Under the pieces are notes generated by a model. It was not told the origin of the DNA. It did no database searches and saw only the letters and a list, made by a program, of their open reading frames with translations. Shown here one piece after another: positions 8,924 to 18,784 of a stretch of 51,031 nt of DNA. Source of the DNA: a virus (taxonomy: Duplodnaviria > Caudoviricetes); IMG/VR virus record IMGVR_UViG_3300018070_000166, positions 1 to 51,031 of that record, one strand, 5' to 3'. A program made the position numbers and the translations under genes. Position 1 is the stretch's first letter. Every line of letters begins with the position of its first letter.

Positions 8924-9631
8924 ATGGCAGCTAGAGATAGGGATACTTATGTCCATCGGATAGGGGTTACCCCCGAAACTGCTTCGGTCATAAGTTCTAA
9001 GAACAAGATTTATGCTATCCCAGCTGATGGTGACCAGACTACGGCTTTTCAGATCGGTGTTCTTGCTACATTTGACCCGGCTGAATCCCGTACTATCGAA
9101 CCTGTTCGTGGTATAGGTTTTGGTGACCATATTGCTGAGTTGGTTCCTGGTGCTACAGAGCCTATGACTCTTGGTATCACACGTACCGCCCAATATCTAT
9201 CAATGATCTTCCAGGTCTTCGGATATAAGGGTGGGGTAGATGGTATCGTGAGATCTCTTCGCCATCACAAATGGCCTTTTGATATCGTTCAGGAAGTGGT
9301 TATAAGCCGTCTTCCTGCGGTTATTACAGGAGGTAATGGTGCTCCGGGTATCACTGCCAAAGGCCTTAATGGTGAGTTAGATGCTATTCTAACATACTAT
9401 GAGGGTTGCTGGATTTCTGACTATGGCATCTCTTATGCAGCAGATGCCGCACTTGTACAAGAGAATGTTACAGTCAATGTGACTGACATTGTAGCAAGTA
9501 CAAGTAATGATTATATTGAACTTGGCGACTATTTCAATATGAATGCAGTATCGAGAATTGCGAATCCTGAGCATAACATATTTGTTGGGGCTCAGACTAC
9601 TGGTAAACCTAGTGGTGGAATAGCAGTTTAA
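8924..9631 (+). CDS. Tail tube protein
   Basis: Position after the sheath. SRTIEPVRGIG...ELVPG, WPFDI and TYYEGCWISDY...VQENVTV fit large-phage tube proteins. RBS TAAGGAG. Confidence 0.8.
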   Translation: MAARDRDTYVHRIGVTPETASVISSKNKIYAIPADGDQTTAFQIGVLATFDPAESRTIEPVRGIGFGDHIAELVPGATEPMTLGITRTAQYLSMIFQVFGYKGGVDGIVRSLRHHKWPFDIVQEVVISRLPAVITGGNGAPGITAKGLNGELDAILTYYEGCWISDYGISYAADAALVQENVTVNVTDIVASTSNDYIELGDYFNMNAVSRIANPEHNIFVGAQTTGKPSGGIAV

Positions 9632-9636
9632 GGGTC

Positions 9637-9665
9637 AGGTCTCCAAGAGGGAGACTTACTTTACA
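9637..9665 (+). terminator. Hairpin after the tube gene, possible terminator
   Basis: AGGTCTCC-AAGAG-GGAGACTT stem-loop (9637-9657) with a weak T-rich tail. Confidence 0.45.
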
Positions 9666-9801
9666 TTTAAATAAAATAATATATCTTACATTTTTTCATA
9701 TATAAAATAAGATCTTTATATCTATATCCCTCTTTTAGTACAGACCTTGTATTATTCTATCCATTTGTATATAAAAATATATCTCATATAAGGAGACATT
9801 T

Positions 9802-10389
9802 ATGTCATTACTCGACGTCATTAAAGCTATGGAAGAAAAACTTACTTTTAAGAAAAAGGCAGTTATTAGTGGTATATCATTTGAAATTGCTCTTCTTAAC
9901 TATGAACAAGATCAGATGATGAACGCATATCCTGATGAGGGGGATGACCCTCTTTCATATTATGAGAAGACAAGATCAAAAGTATTATCTTACGCCATTG
10001 TCGGAATAGATGGTGAGAGTATCCCAACTATCGTAGAGGTAACAGAAGAAGATAAAGTAATAACAAAAGAAAAAGCTATCTATGTTAGAGATATCTTAAA
10101 AAAGATTCCTCCAAAAATTGTAGAAAAACTTTTTGAGATATACATTGATTTCAAGGATGAAACTGATAACCGCCTTAATGAAGAGGTAGAGTTTCAATGG
10201 TATAAGACTCCCGATCAAAGAAAAGCAGAAAGAGATAAGATAGAGAAAGAAAAAGAAGTAAAGAAGATGGAGGCGAAAGAGATAGTATCTGAAGTGCCTG
10301 AATCTACTGCCGATATTGCTTTGGAAGATGCCCCAATAGTTTTTAAAAAGATAGAAGAAAAAGATGATGACATAAGTCAGGTAGATTAA
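9802..10389 (+). CDS. Putative tail assembly chaperone 1
   Basis: Small acidic protein between tube and tape measure, with LSYAIVGIDG...VEKLFEIY. RBS TAAGGAG. Confidence 0.6.
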   Translation: MSLLDVIKAMEEKLTFKKKAVISGISFEIALLNYEQDQMMNAYPDEGDDPLSYYEKTRSKVLSYAIVGIDGESIPTIVEVTEEDKVITKEKAIYVRDILKKIPPKIVEKLFEIYIDFKDETDNRLNEEVEFQWYKTPDQRKAERDKIEKEKEVKKMEAKEIVSEVPESTADIALEDAPIVFKKIEEKDDDISQVD

Positions 10390-10390
10390 T

Positions 10391-10620
10391 ATCAATAGCC
10401 TATTACCCTAAAGGGTAGGAGTACTCCAAGTCCTTATTGATTAGTCTAAGTCTCTTTAACAGGGGCTACGTTATTTAGGTCAAGATACCTACAGATATAT
10501 AACCAAGTCTGTAGCTCTATCGTTGGTGATTAAACAGTTCTGATGGATAGGGGCAGTGTTGCCAGTGGAAAAAGCCTTTATAACATTGACGATGGTTACT
10601 TACTCCGAAAGGAGATGCAC
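10391..10620 (+). ncRNA. Omega RNA (HEARO-like) scaffold; the guide would be the flank immediately 5' (about 10371-10390)
   Basis: ATCAATA (10391) pairs with TATTGAT (10435). Characteristic blocks appear in order: TAGTCTAAG, CTACGTT, CTACAGA/TCTGTAG stem, TTAAACAG, CAGTG, AACATTGACGA, and terminal CTCC-GAAA-GGAG. Confidence 0.85.
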
Positions 10621-10623
10621 TTT

Positions 10624-11883
10624 ATGTTAGTGCATATTTTAAACAAAAACGGAAAACCATTAATGCCAACAACGTCACGGAAAGCGAGGTTGTTATTAAA
10701 AGAAGGAAAAGCTAAATGTATTAAAAGAATGCCTTTTACAATTCAATTATTATTCGGTAGCTATGGGTATAAGCAAGATATAATCTTAGGGATTGATGCT
10801 GGAAGTAAGACTATTGGGCTATCTGCTATCTCTGGAAAGAGAGAATTATTTAGCGCTGAAGTTGAATTAAGGACGGACATTGTTGATTTATTGTCAACCA
10901 GAAGACAGAACAGAAGAACAAGGAGAAATAGACTAAGATATAGAAAAGAAAGATTTTCAAACAGGGTGCGTAGCAAAAACAAAGGATGGTTAGCACCATC
11001 GATAGAAAACAAAATTAACACCCATTTGAAAATTGTCGAAAAGCTGCACGAGATATTACCAATTACAAAAGTTATTGTTGAGGTAGCAAGTTTTGATATT
11101 CAAAGGATTAAGAATCCAGAAATACATGGTGAAGGATATCAACAGGGAAATCAATTAGATTTTTGGAACGTACGAGAATATGTGCTATTTAGAGATGGTT
11201 ATAAGTGCCACGGTAAGAAAAGTTGCAAGAACAAAGTGCTAAATGTGCATCATATTGAGTCAAGGAAGATAGGGGGTAATAGTCAAAGCAACCTGATTAC
11301 TTTGTGTGAGGATTGTCACAAGGATTATCATTCAGGTAAATTGAAGCTCGATTTGAAACGCGGTAAATCCTTTAGAGATGCAGCATTCATGGGGATAATG
11401 CGGTGGGCTTTTTATAATAAATTAAGAGAGTGCTATTCAAAGGTTATACTAACATATGGCTATATTACAAAGAATACAAGAATAATAAATAATTTATCAA
11501 AAGAGCATAGGATAGATGCCCTGTGCATTACAGGAAATCCTGGGGTAAAAAGATTAGATGATTACTACTTTATTAAACAAGTAAGAAAGCACAATAGACA
11601 GATTCATAAAGCAAAGATAATAAAAGGCGGGAAGAAAAAGATAAATCAAGCACCTTATTTAGTAGGTGGTTTTAGATTGTTTGATAAGGTTAAATTTCAG
11701 GAAAAAGAATGCTTTATATTTGGAAGAAGAAATAGTGGGTATTTTGACCTGAGAACTTTAGATGGTGTCAGAGTAGCTTCTGGTGCTCCTATAAGGTTTT
11801 TAAAATTATTGAATAAAAGAAAGAGTTTATTATGGGAAAGGAGATGGCAGGGTGAGCATTACCGCACTATCCTAAAGGGGTAG
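10624..11883 (+). CDS. iscB: IscB RNA-guided endonuclease (419 aa)
   Basis: GKPLMPT (PLMP), RuvC-I LGIDAG, Arg-rich bridge helix RRQNRRTRRNR, RuvC-II VEVASFD, HNH VHHIE...NLITLCEDCH, RuvC-III HRIDA. Start moved from 10543 to ATG 10624, which follows GGAG. Confidence 0.95.
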   Translation: MLVHILNKNGKPLMPTTSRKARLLLKEGKAKCIKRMPFTIQLLFGSYGYKQDIILGIDAGSKTIGLSAISGKRELFSAEVELRTDIVDLLSTRRQNRRTRRNRLRYRKERFSNRVRSKNKGWLAPSIENKINTHLKIVEKLHEILPITKVIVEVASFDIQRIKNPEIHGEGYQQGNQLDFWNVREYVLFRDGYKCHGKKSCKNKVLNVHHIESRKIGGNSQSNLITLCEDCHKDYHSGKLKLDLKRGKSFRDAAFMGIMRWAFYNKLRECYSKVILTYGYITKNTRIINNLSKEHRIDALCITGNPGVKRLDDYYFIKQVRKHNRQIHKAKIIKGGKKKINQAPYLVGGFRLFDKVKFQEKECFIFGRRNSGYFDLRTLDGVRVASGAPIRFLKLLNKRKSLLWERRWQGEHYRTILKG

Positions 11884-11903
11884 TGGCTTCTTGCTAAAAA
11901 TCT

Positions 11904-12974
11904 ATGGAAGTTAAAGACGCCTATGAAAATATAGAGCGGATAATAGTTTTTGGTTTTTTATCTGTTAGAATTTCATTTAATGGTCATGATCTATTAATAA
12001 AAAGTATATCAGATAGAGAATATCAACAGATGCAGATGTTCTGTTCTACTAAAGATAGGAAGAAATTTAATTTTTTAAGTTTGGCTTTTTGTACTATATC
12101 AATAGATGGTATGAATCTATTAGAGGAAAGAGATAGAAATATTTGGAAGGTAGTAGAATTATTTAAAAAATCTTCAGCTTTATTTATGCTTCGAGTAATC
12201 GAAGCGATTAATGAGTTGAATCAGACTTATGCTGATTCCTTAGAATTTCTTGAGGGATTTAGTTATTCTCCTCGATCGAGATATCTGTGGTCTGTGATAG
12301 ACCCCTATAATAGATCTTCATTTACAGGTATGAGGGGTTTAGATCTTATAGGGATTAATAGTGTAATTGAGAATTGGGTTAGTATCAACAAAAAATTGGA
12401 TGATGAACACGAGTATGGTACTAATCTAAATAACACGCTTCTTATTGTAGGTGCTTCGAATTATAAGAGTGCAAAAATGCTCTCAAAGAATTATGAAAAG
12501 CATATACAGGAGCTTAAAGAGCTTAGAGATGACATTCTTAAATACGGGTATGATAGAAAAAGAGAAGAGGAAAATGAAAAGAAGAGGGAGACTTGGACAG
12601 CACCATTGTCATCTCGCGAAGATTTGGTAAAAGAGCTCTACCGTCAGATGGATGGTAAAAAAGATAAACATGATTTATATATTGACCAATGGATAGAGAA
12701 TCAGAAGAGTAAAGCGGAGGCTGTTAAGCAGAATATTATAGATAGACAACAGGCTTTCCGTAAAAAGATAGAGGAATCGGATCTTGATTTACTGGAACCG
12801 TCAAGACCAATATCTTTTCAAGAGCTTAATAAGATAATAGAACAAAATAAGATTAGACCAGAAAACCGTGCATATATGGCTGGTAAGGAAGATGCAGAGA
12901 TTAAAGATCGGGTGTATAAAAAAATAAGCACCAGGATTATCAGACCTGAGATGAAGGAAAAAGTAAATGGCTGA
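11904..12974 (+). CDS. Putative tail assembly chaperone 2
   Basis: Overlaps the tape-measure start. LAFCTISIDG echoes LSYAIVGIDG of the 9802 ORF. Confidence 0.5.
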   Translation: MEVKDAYENIERIIVFGFLSVRISFNGHDLLIKSISDREYQQMQMFCSTKDRKKFNFLSLAFCTISIDGMNLLEERDRNIWKVVELFKKSSALFMLRVIEAINELNQTYADSLEFLEGFSYSPRSRYLWSVIDPYNRSSFTGMRGLDLIGINSVIENWVSINKKLDDEHEYGTNLNNTLLIVGASNYKSAKMLSKNYEKHIQELKELRDDILKYGYDRKREEENEKKRETWTAPLSSREDLVKELYRQMDGKKDKHDLYIDQWIENQKSKAEAVKQNIIDRQQAFRKKIEESDLDLLEPSRPISFQELNKIIEQNKIRPENRAYMAGKEDAEIKDRVYKKISTRIIRPEMKEKVNG

Positions 12975-15900
12975 TCTAAAGAGTATAGATGCCGAGCTAA
13001 AGAAGTTGACAGAATTAAAGAATTCTTATGGTAATCTATTAGATGTTGAAAAGAATATTAACAACTCCCTTCTATATAGTGTGGGTATTAGAAAAAAGTA
13101 TACTGATGCATTGACTGCGGCTGCTTCAGCTCAAAAGGATTTGATAGCTAAAGAAGAGAGATTATCGGGGGAACTTAACAAATCCAGTAAAGCGCTGGCA
13201 TATTCTATAAAACAACACAAAATATATAAAGAGCAACGAAAAAAGCTTATTCAGGATCAGAAAAAATTAATTACATCAGGTAAAAAAGATACTGATGCAT
13301 ATAAAAATAGTAGAAAAGAATTAACCAAGTTAAGACAGTCTATTAGAGGAAATATTACATCTATAGAAGATTTTGAAAAGTCAATAAACGCTGTAGTTAA
13401 TCAAACAAAAACTTTAGTAGGTACTGGTAAGAAAATTAAAGAGACGTTTGATAAACTCAGTGAGTTAGATAGTAAGAAAATTAGTTCTGCTAAAGAACTT
13501 ATGGATGTTACAGAAGCACGTCTTGATATAATGAAGAAGCAGATTGATATTCAGGAAAAAGCTGGGACATTAGATGCAGATGAAGCTAAAGATTTAAAAG
13601 CTAAATTAGGTCAATATGAAGAGATGCAAAAGTTGGTAGGTGAGGGACTAAAGAGTAAAGTTTCAGAAGAATTAGCCCCTATGGTGGATGATCTAACTAA
13701 AAGCGCTACAGAGTTGACTAATAAAAAAAGATTCGGGGAAGATAAGCGTAGAGAAATTGGTCGTAGTCAATATGCCGCTCAATCTCGAAAAGGTGTAGGT
13801 TTGGGAGCAGAACAAGCAAGTAGTCTTAAAACACTCTTTAGTACTAAGTCAAGTTTTGGAGAGAGAATGGGTGCTGTTAAATCTCATGGTGCTGCTTCAA
13901 AAGAATTGGGGAAGCTTAATGAAGTCATGGATGTTACAGGTAAGAGTGCTCTTGGTGCTGGCAACATGATGAAGATGCTTGGTTCAGCATTAGGGTCATT
14001 AGGTAAACTGGGGTGGATAGGACTTATCATCTCCGCAGTTGTAGAAGTTGCTAAAGTTGTAGACAGGTTGGATAAGTTTCTAAAGGGATTTAATAAGACA
14101 TTTATACAACTTCAGGGTCCAACAGTAATGATGAAGGATGTTGGCAAGTCCATGAGTGATTTTTCTGACTCTATTTTCGATTTGAAGAGAAATCTGAAAT
14201 ATGGTTTAAAGTCCGAAGATATTATTGGTATGTTTAAGGGAATTTCAGAAGCAGGTATGAGTCTCCAGGGAGTTATGAAGAATGTAGCTGGTGGTTATCG
14301 TACCCTTGAAGAGGATGCTGCAAAAGTAATGATTGACTTTGGAGTCTCCATGGATGAAGCTGGTTCTATGCTTGGGGAACAGATGACTGATCTTAAATCT
14401 ACTGTTGATGAGGCTTCAAAAAGTTTTAAAGTTTTATCTTATGATGCCTCTATTGCAGGGATACAATCTCAAAAATTTTATCAAGCTACTTATGCTGCTG
14501 CGGAGGCTTTGAGTTTTTATGGTAAATTTATGGAAGCAGCATCTAACAATCTCAAAAATTTTCAAAAACAAGGTGCTATGGGTTTTAAGGATGCTCAGAA
14601 GCAAGCTCAAGAGATGACTAATTTATTTGGTACCATGAGTTCTAATCAGAAAATTGCTTTTATGGAAATGTCCGGTGGAGTAGAATCCTATAGAAAAGAT
14701 TTTCAAAAAATGGCTGCTGATTCATCCGCAGCTATAAAGACATCTCTTGAATCTTTGAGCACTAAAAGGGAACAATTAGCTAAGAGTAAAGCTGAGGGGG
14801 ATAAAAAATCAGCAGCGATATTGGAAAATGAAATATCTGCTGAGGAGGATCAGCTTGCTACTTTACAAAAAACGTATGCCATGGCTGATCACGCTGCTAA
14901 ATCTAATGCTATGAATATGGCTCTATATTTAGAGATGCTTTCTGATAAAGTTGGTTCTAAAATGAGTACATATTTTAAGGAGATGAAAAGTCATGGGGGT
15001 CTGGATGTTTTTAAAGATGATCGTGCTGCGATGGATCATATGGTGACTGTCTTAGGTGTATCAGAGGAATATGCTAAAAAGATGTTAGCTACTTTTCAAA
15101 CATCAAGAGGAAGTATTCTCCAAATGGGTAAAGATGTTCAGAAAATGATGGTTGATCTCCCTACTGAAAGTAAGAAGGGATTTAAAGAGAGATTTGCAAA
15201 AGTTATTAAAGATGGCATGACGGCAGACGGTAAGATGAATATGGCTGCTATAAGATCAGGTTTAGTAGATTACGCTAAAGTAAACAGTAAAGATATAGAC
15301 CAAGTTATGAACTATCTGGATAAGTTCCCTAATGCAGTACAAGAGGCAGTTGATAAGGGTGATGAATATATTGAAAAGAATGTTAATACACTCACTCTTA
15401 CAGAATTGAGTAATGTTTCCAAGATAAATGATGAGGGTATGGATGCTCAAAATAAGAGAATTGATGATATTGTAAAAAATACCAAGACTATTGGAGATTT
15501 TATTGGCATATCTAAGGAAAATGTTGAGTATCTTGCGTCTAGTAATGATTTACAAAAAGGTGCTGCTATGGCAGCGGTGGAGACTGCTATAACAGCAGGA
15601 TCTATTCTTAGCTGGCTACAAGCGAGTGGTAAAGAAAAAGAATTACTAAAAGATCCTGAAAAGGATATATACTATAAGGGTTTAAAAGAAATTGGTGCAG
15701 ATATAAAGGTTTTGGAGGCAGGTAAGAAAGAAACTACAGATAAAGGTAAAAAAGAAGAATATCAAAAAGAAATTGATAGATTAACCAAAAATGCTGCTCA
15801 TTTAGAAGACGTACTAAAAAAAGAACATGGGTCGAATATTGGAGGTCAACTTATAAGCTCAGCATCTGAAGCTGCGTTAGGTAAAGCAAAAAATATACTT

Positions 15901-16470
15901 GAGGAAAAAAGGGCTGCTGAGGAAGCTATAACACAAAAAAGGGAAGAAGCTGCATCATCTAAGGGTAAAGGTGATAATAAAAAAGCTGAAAAGTTGGCAA
16001 AAGAAGCTGATAAAATGCAGAGAGATTTTGAGTATCAAAAAGGTTATCTGCAATATTCTGAGAAAAAAGTAGAATTATCTTTAGACAAGAAAGCTGATGA
16101 GTCCTCCAAAAATACTGACTCGAATAAAATAGCGGATACTCCACCTATTATACCTATTAAAACTTATAAAGATTATAAAGCATCCTCTGGTGGGTATGCC
16201 TTACTAAGTAAAGGAGATGTGGTAGTAAATGCTCGTAGCATGTCTTCCGGTATCGGAGGAGATCTTGGGTCATTTGCAGGTACTGCCGCATCAGATATGA
16301 TGCGATCCCTTAGCCCTACAAGATCTCAAGGTGCTAATGCTCCAAGCATCCCTGTTAATATTAATATAGGATCAGTAAGCGGTAATCCGGAAGAATTTCT
16401 AAAAAGTATAAGACCTGCTATTGAGCAGGCTTTTGATAGAATGTACTTCGAAAAACAGAAAAGAAGATAG
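12967..16470 (+). CDS. Tail tape measure protein
   Basis: 1167 aa, helical and A/K/S/M-rich, with hydrophobic Gly-rich stretch LGSALGSLGKLGWIGLIISAVV and C-terminal VNINIGSVSG. Canonical position. Confidence 0.8.
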   Translation: MADLKSIDAELKKLTELKNSYGNLLDVEKNINNSLLYSVGIRKKYTDALTAAASAQKDLIAKEERLSGELNKSSKALAYSIKQHKIYKEQRKKLIQDQKKLITSGKKDTDAYKNSRKELTKLRQSIRGNITSIEDFEKSINAVVNQTKTLVGTGKKIKETFDKLSELDSKKISSAKELMDVTEARLDIMKKQIDIQEKAGTLDADEAKDLKAKLGQYEEMQKLVGEGLKSKVSEELAPMVDDLTKSATELTNKKRFGEDKRREIGRSQYAAQSRKGVGLGAEQASSLKTLFSTKSSFGERMGAVKSHGAASKELGKLNEVMDVTGKSALGAGNMMKMLGSALGSLGKLGWIGLIISAVVEVAKVVDRLDKFLKGFNKTFIQLQGPTVMMKDVGKSMSDFSDSIFDLKRNLKYGLKSEDIIGMFKGISEAGMSLQGVMKNVAGGYRTLEEDAAKVMIDFGVSMDEAGSMLGEQMTDLKSTVDEASKSFKVLSYDASIAGIQSQKFYQATYAAAEALSFYGKFMEAASNNLKNFQKQGAMGFKDAQKQAQEMTNLFGTMSSNQKIAFMEMSGGVESYRKDFQKMAADSSAAIKTSLESLSTKREQLAKSKAEGDKKSAAILENEISAEEDQLATLQKTYAMADHAAKSNAMNMALYLEMLSDKVGSKMSTYFKEMKSHGGLDVFKDDRAAMDHMVTVLGVSEEYAKKMLATFQTSRGSILQMGKDVQKMMVDLPTESKKGFKERFAKVIKDGMTADGKMNMAAIRSGLVDYAKVNSKDIDQVMNYLDKFPNAVQEAVDKGDEYIEKNVNTLTLTELSNVSKINDEGMDAQNKRIDDIVKNTKTIGDFIGISKENVEYLASSNDLQKGAAMAAVETAITAGSILSWLQASGKEKELLKDPEKDIYYKGLKEIGADIKVLEAGKKETTDKGKKEEYQKEIDRLTKNAAHLEDVLKKEHGSNIGGQLISSASEAALGKAKNILEEKRAAEEAITQKREEAASSKGKGDNKKAEKLAKEADKMQRDFEYQKGYLQYSEKKVELSLDKKADESSKNTDSNKIADTPPIIPIKTYKDYKASSGGYALLSKGDVVVNARSMSSGIGGDLGSFAGTAASDMMRSLSPTRSQGANAPSIPVNINIGSVSGNPEEFLKSIRPAIEQAFDRMYFEKQKRR

Positions 16471-16478
16471 AGTGCAAT

Positions 16479-17333
16479 ATGGCTGAAGAAAGTACAACAA
16501 TAGCTAACATAACTCCAGCTTTTTTTGAAAAGTATATTATGGCTCAGACCTTATCTGAATTATCCACAGAGGGTGGTTTTGAGCAAGTTCTCGTACTTGG
16601 ACCTACTAAGAATTGGAAGATAGAAAATAATTCATCTAATATCGTTGAATTCCAGCCTCCTTATGTGAGAAGAGTGCCAAATGAAAATCCAATGATAATA
16701 GACTATGTGGATTCAGATCTTAAACCTGTTCATATTGAATTAAAAGATGGATCTACTATAGAATCTCTTAAACTTACTCCAAACCCCGAATCCTTAGTGA
16801 TAAGCTCATCAAAGATAGTTAATAGATATAACACGATGACAAGATGGGTTGAGGAACATTGGGGAGATGATTTAGATTCTATAAATTTTTCAGGATCTAC
16901 ATATTCCTTTAATGTTAAGTTAGATGCTACAGACCCTAAATACCCTAATCAATATAAAGGATTAACTGTTCTTGGTAGGAGTGCTTCTGAATCATATCAA
17001 TTTCTTAGAGCGCTCATTAATATCTATAGGACTAATGGATATCTGTATCAGGAAGATAATGGTTACACAATGTCCTCTTCTCCTTCATCTGAGCAGGAGA
17101 TCTTTGAATATACCATGATGAATAGATTCTTAATCCAGAATCCTTCTTTTAAGGGTAATCACCCTAGACAAGGCATGATTCGGGAAAGACTATATAATAG
17201 AATAAGTTTCGATTATGTGACTTTTTTAGGATATTTTGAATCATTTGATATAACTGAGGATTCCTCAAATCCCTATAGGTTAATTTATAGTACTGTTTTT
17301 AAATCTGAAAAAACTATCTGGACAGTAGGATAA
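16479..17333 (+). CDS. Tail tube initiator / baseplate-tube junction protein (gp48/gp54-like)
   Basis: LTPNPESL...WG...INFSG and GYFESFDITED..PY pattern. Paralogous to the next ORF. Confidence 0.6.
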   Translation: MAEESTTIANITPAFFEKYIMAQTLSELSTEGGFEQVLVLGPTKNWKIENNSSNIVEFQPPYVRRVPNENPMIIDYVDSDLKPVHIELKDGSTIESLKLTPNPESLVISSSKIVNRYNTMTRWVEEHWGDDLDSINFSGSTYSFNVKLDATDPKYPNQYKGLTVLGRSASESYQFLRALINIYRTNGYLYQEDNGYTMSSSPSSEQEIFEYTMMNRFLIQNPSFKGNHPRQGMIRERLYNRISFDYVTFLGYFESFDITEDSSNPYRLIYSTVFKSEKTIWTVG

Positions 17334-18760
17334 TGATAGAAAATCAAAAATATACAACAACAAAAGAAGTCCTGTCAGCATTAAAAGAGAGACAGGGGGG
17401 CAGTTTATTTTTTAATTCTGTTGTAAATAGTACTTTAGAAACAGATACTACTGATCTCAGGACCGCTGCTAAAATACCTACAGATCATAAAGAATTTACT
17501 ATATCAATATATAATTCCTATTTGTGCACTGATATAGTTAGTTTAACACTTTTTATTAATCCACGTGATATGACTATAGGTCAGCAGCAGGTAGTTGGCA
17601 ACACGTACACCAGGCGTGGGTGGGTGAATTCCGCTTGGGGAAACCAACAACCTACAATATCAGCTTCTGGGGTATCATCTGCTTTTTACTTTTATTCTAA
17701 TGGTAAAGGTGGGTTAACTAATAAGTATAGAAGAGGGTCTCCGAGCTTTGTAAATATTATAGATATAGCAGGATTATTTAAAAATAATGGATGGTATTTT
17801 TTAGATGGGGCATCTAATCCATCTTTATTTAAAGATGGTAGTAGCCGAGTTATAAATGTAATGGATAGCATTAAGATTGAGTATGATGGATCGACATACA
17901 TAGGATCATTTAGTACATTTACTCTTAATGATCTTGCAACCAGTCCCTATAAGATGGAGTATAGCTTTGAGTTTATAGTCGCAAGCTTTGGTATTATTTA
18001 CCCTGATGCTGAAGGGCATGTCTCAATGGAGGGGAATTATCTGGATAATCAAGTCCATTTAGCTCTACAAGGTGAAAACATAGGATTTACACCGATTCTT
18101 GGCTTAGATGAGAATGAGCTTAATACATATTTCCCAGAGGGTGGGGCTAGTAATCCAACTCTATATAACTATACAGATAGAGAGAATAAAAATGAGCTTG
18201 AATTTTTTAACAATACAAATGAAAAGGGTGTTGCATTTATAGGTCCTGGTATTTTTAGAATAACTCGTGGATGGAGAGATGGAGAACCTCATGGAGATCC
18301 TAATAATAAATGCGATTTTAGAACACATACTGGGACAGTCTATTCAGCTACTAATGGTACTGTGGTAGACAAATCGGTAAGTACTCTATTTGGGGGTATT
18401 AATTACTTAATTGTCTCTACTAATTTTCACGGGACACCTTTATATATAAGGTACTTTCACTTAGAACCTAGTAGTAATAGGCTTAGAAAAGGAGATACTG
18501 TAGAAATAGGTGATGTTATAGGTCATGAAGGTACAGATAATGATAAATATCCTCAGCACTGCGATTTTGGTGCGAGGATAATTAGTTCGGTTTTACCAAA
18601 TTATTTAGATTGTACAGAATTTCAGGTTAATCCAATATTAGATGAGATGTGGAAAACTTTACATGGCAGAGCACTTAATGCCCCTGTAACCGACCCACTT
18701 AGACTTGATTTTCTGACACTCATAGCTAAGCATCCATCTGAGCATGAAATAACTATATAA
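17333..18760 (+). CDS. Tube-initiator paralogue fused to an M23-family peptidase domain
   Basis: N-terminus: INPRDM...WG...ISASG and GSFSTFTL..PY. C-terminus: VYSATNGTV, YFHL, KGDTVEIGDVIGHEG, PQHCDF. Confidence 0.7.
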   Translation: MIENQKYTTTKEVLSALKERQGGSLFFNSVVNSTLETDTTDLRTAAKIPTDHKEFTISIYNSYLCTDIVSLTLFINPRDMTIGQQQVVGNTYTRRGWVNSAWGNQQPTISASGVSSAFYFYSNGKGGLTNKYRRGSPSFVNIIDIAGLFKNNGWYFLDGASNPSLFKDGSSRVINVMDSIKIEYDGSTYIGSFSTFTLNDLATSPYKMEYSFEFIVASFGIIYPDAEGHVSMEGNYLDNQVHLALQGENIGFTPILGLDENELNTYFPEGGASNPTLYNYTDRENKNELEFFNNTNEKGVAFIGPGIFRITRGWRDGEPHGDPNNKCDFRTHTGTVYSATNGTVVDKSVSTLFGGINYLIVSTNFHGTPLYIRYFHLEPSSNRLRKGDTVEIGDVIGHEGTDNDKYPQHCDFGARIISSVLPNYLDCTEFQVNPILDEMWKTLHGRALNAPVTDPLRLDFLTLIAKHPSEHEITI

Positions 18761-18784
18761 TGATAATTTTAAGGAAATAACATA

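Larger units (their letters stand above)
10391..11903 (+). mobile_element. IS200/IS605-superfamily IscB (OMEGA) element with no tnpA in the window
   Basis: Related subterminal hairpins TACCC-TAAA-GGGTA (10404-10417) and CACTATCC-TAAAG-GGGTAGTG (11865-11885) bracket the omega RNA and iscB. Deleting the element gives a TAA-T-ATG junction. Confidence 0.85.

Noticed and set aside
9660-9800. AT-rich intergenic stretch as a replication origin or ncRNA
   Set aside because: No iterons or stable structure seen. More simply a promoter region for the chaperone gene.
10339-10350. GTTTTTAAAAAG as a G/GT-type chaperone frameshift site
   Set aside because: It is not a phased X XXY YYZ heptamer, and in the reconstructed empty site the second gene is in the +1 frame, so a -1 shift would not fuse them.
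10543-10623. 27-aa N-terminal extension of IscB in the ORF track
   Set aside because: It lies inside the omega RNA scaffold. The RBS and PLMP-domain start point to ATG 10624.
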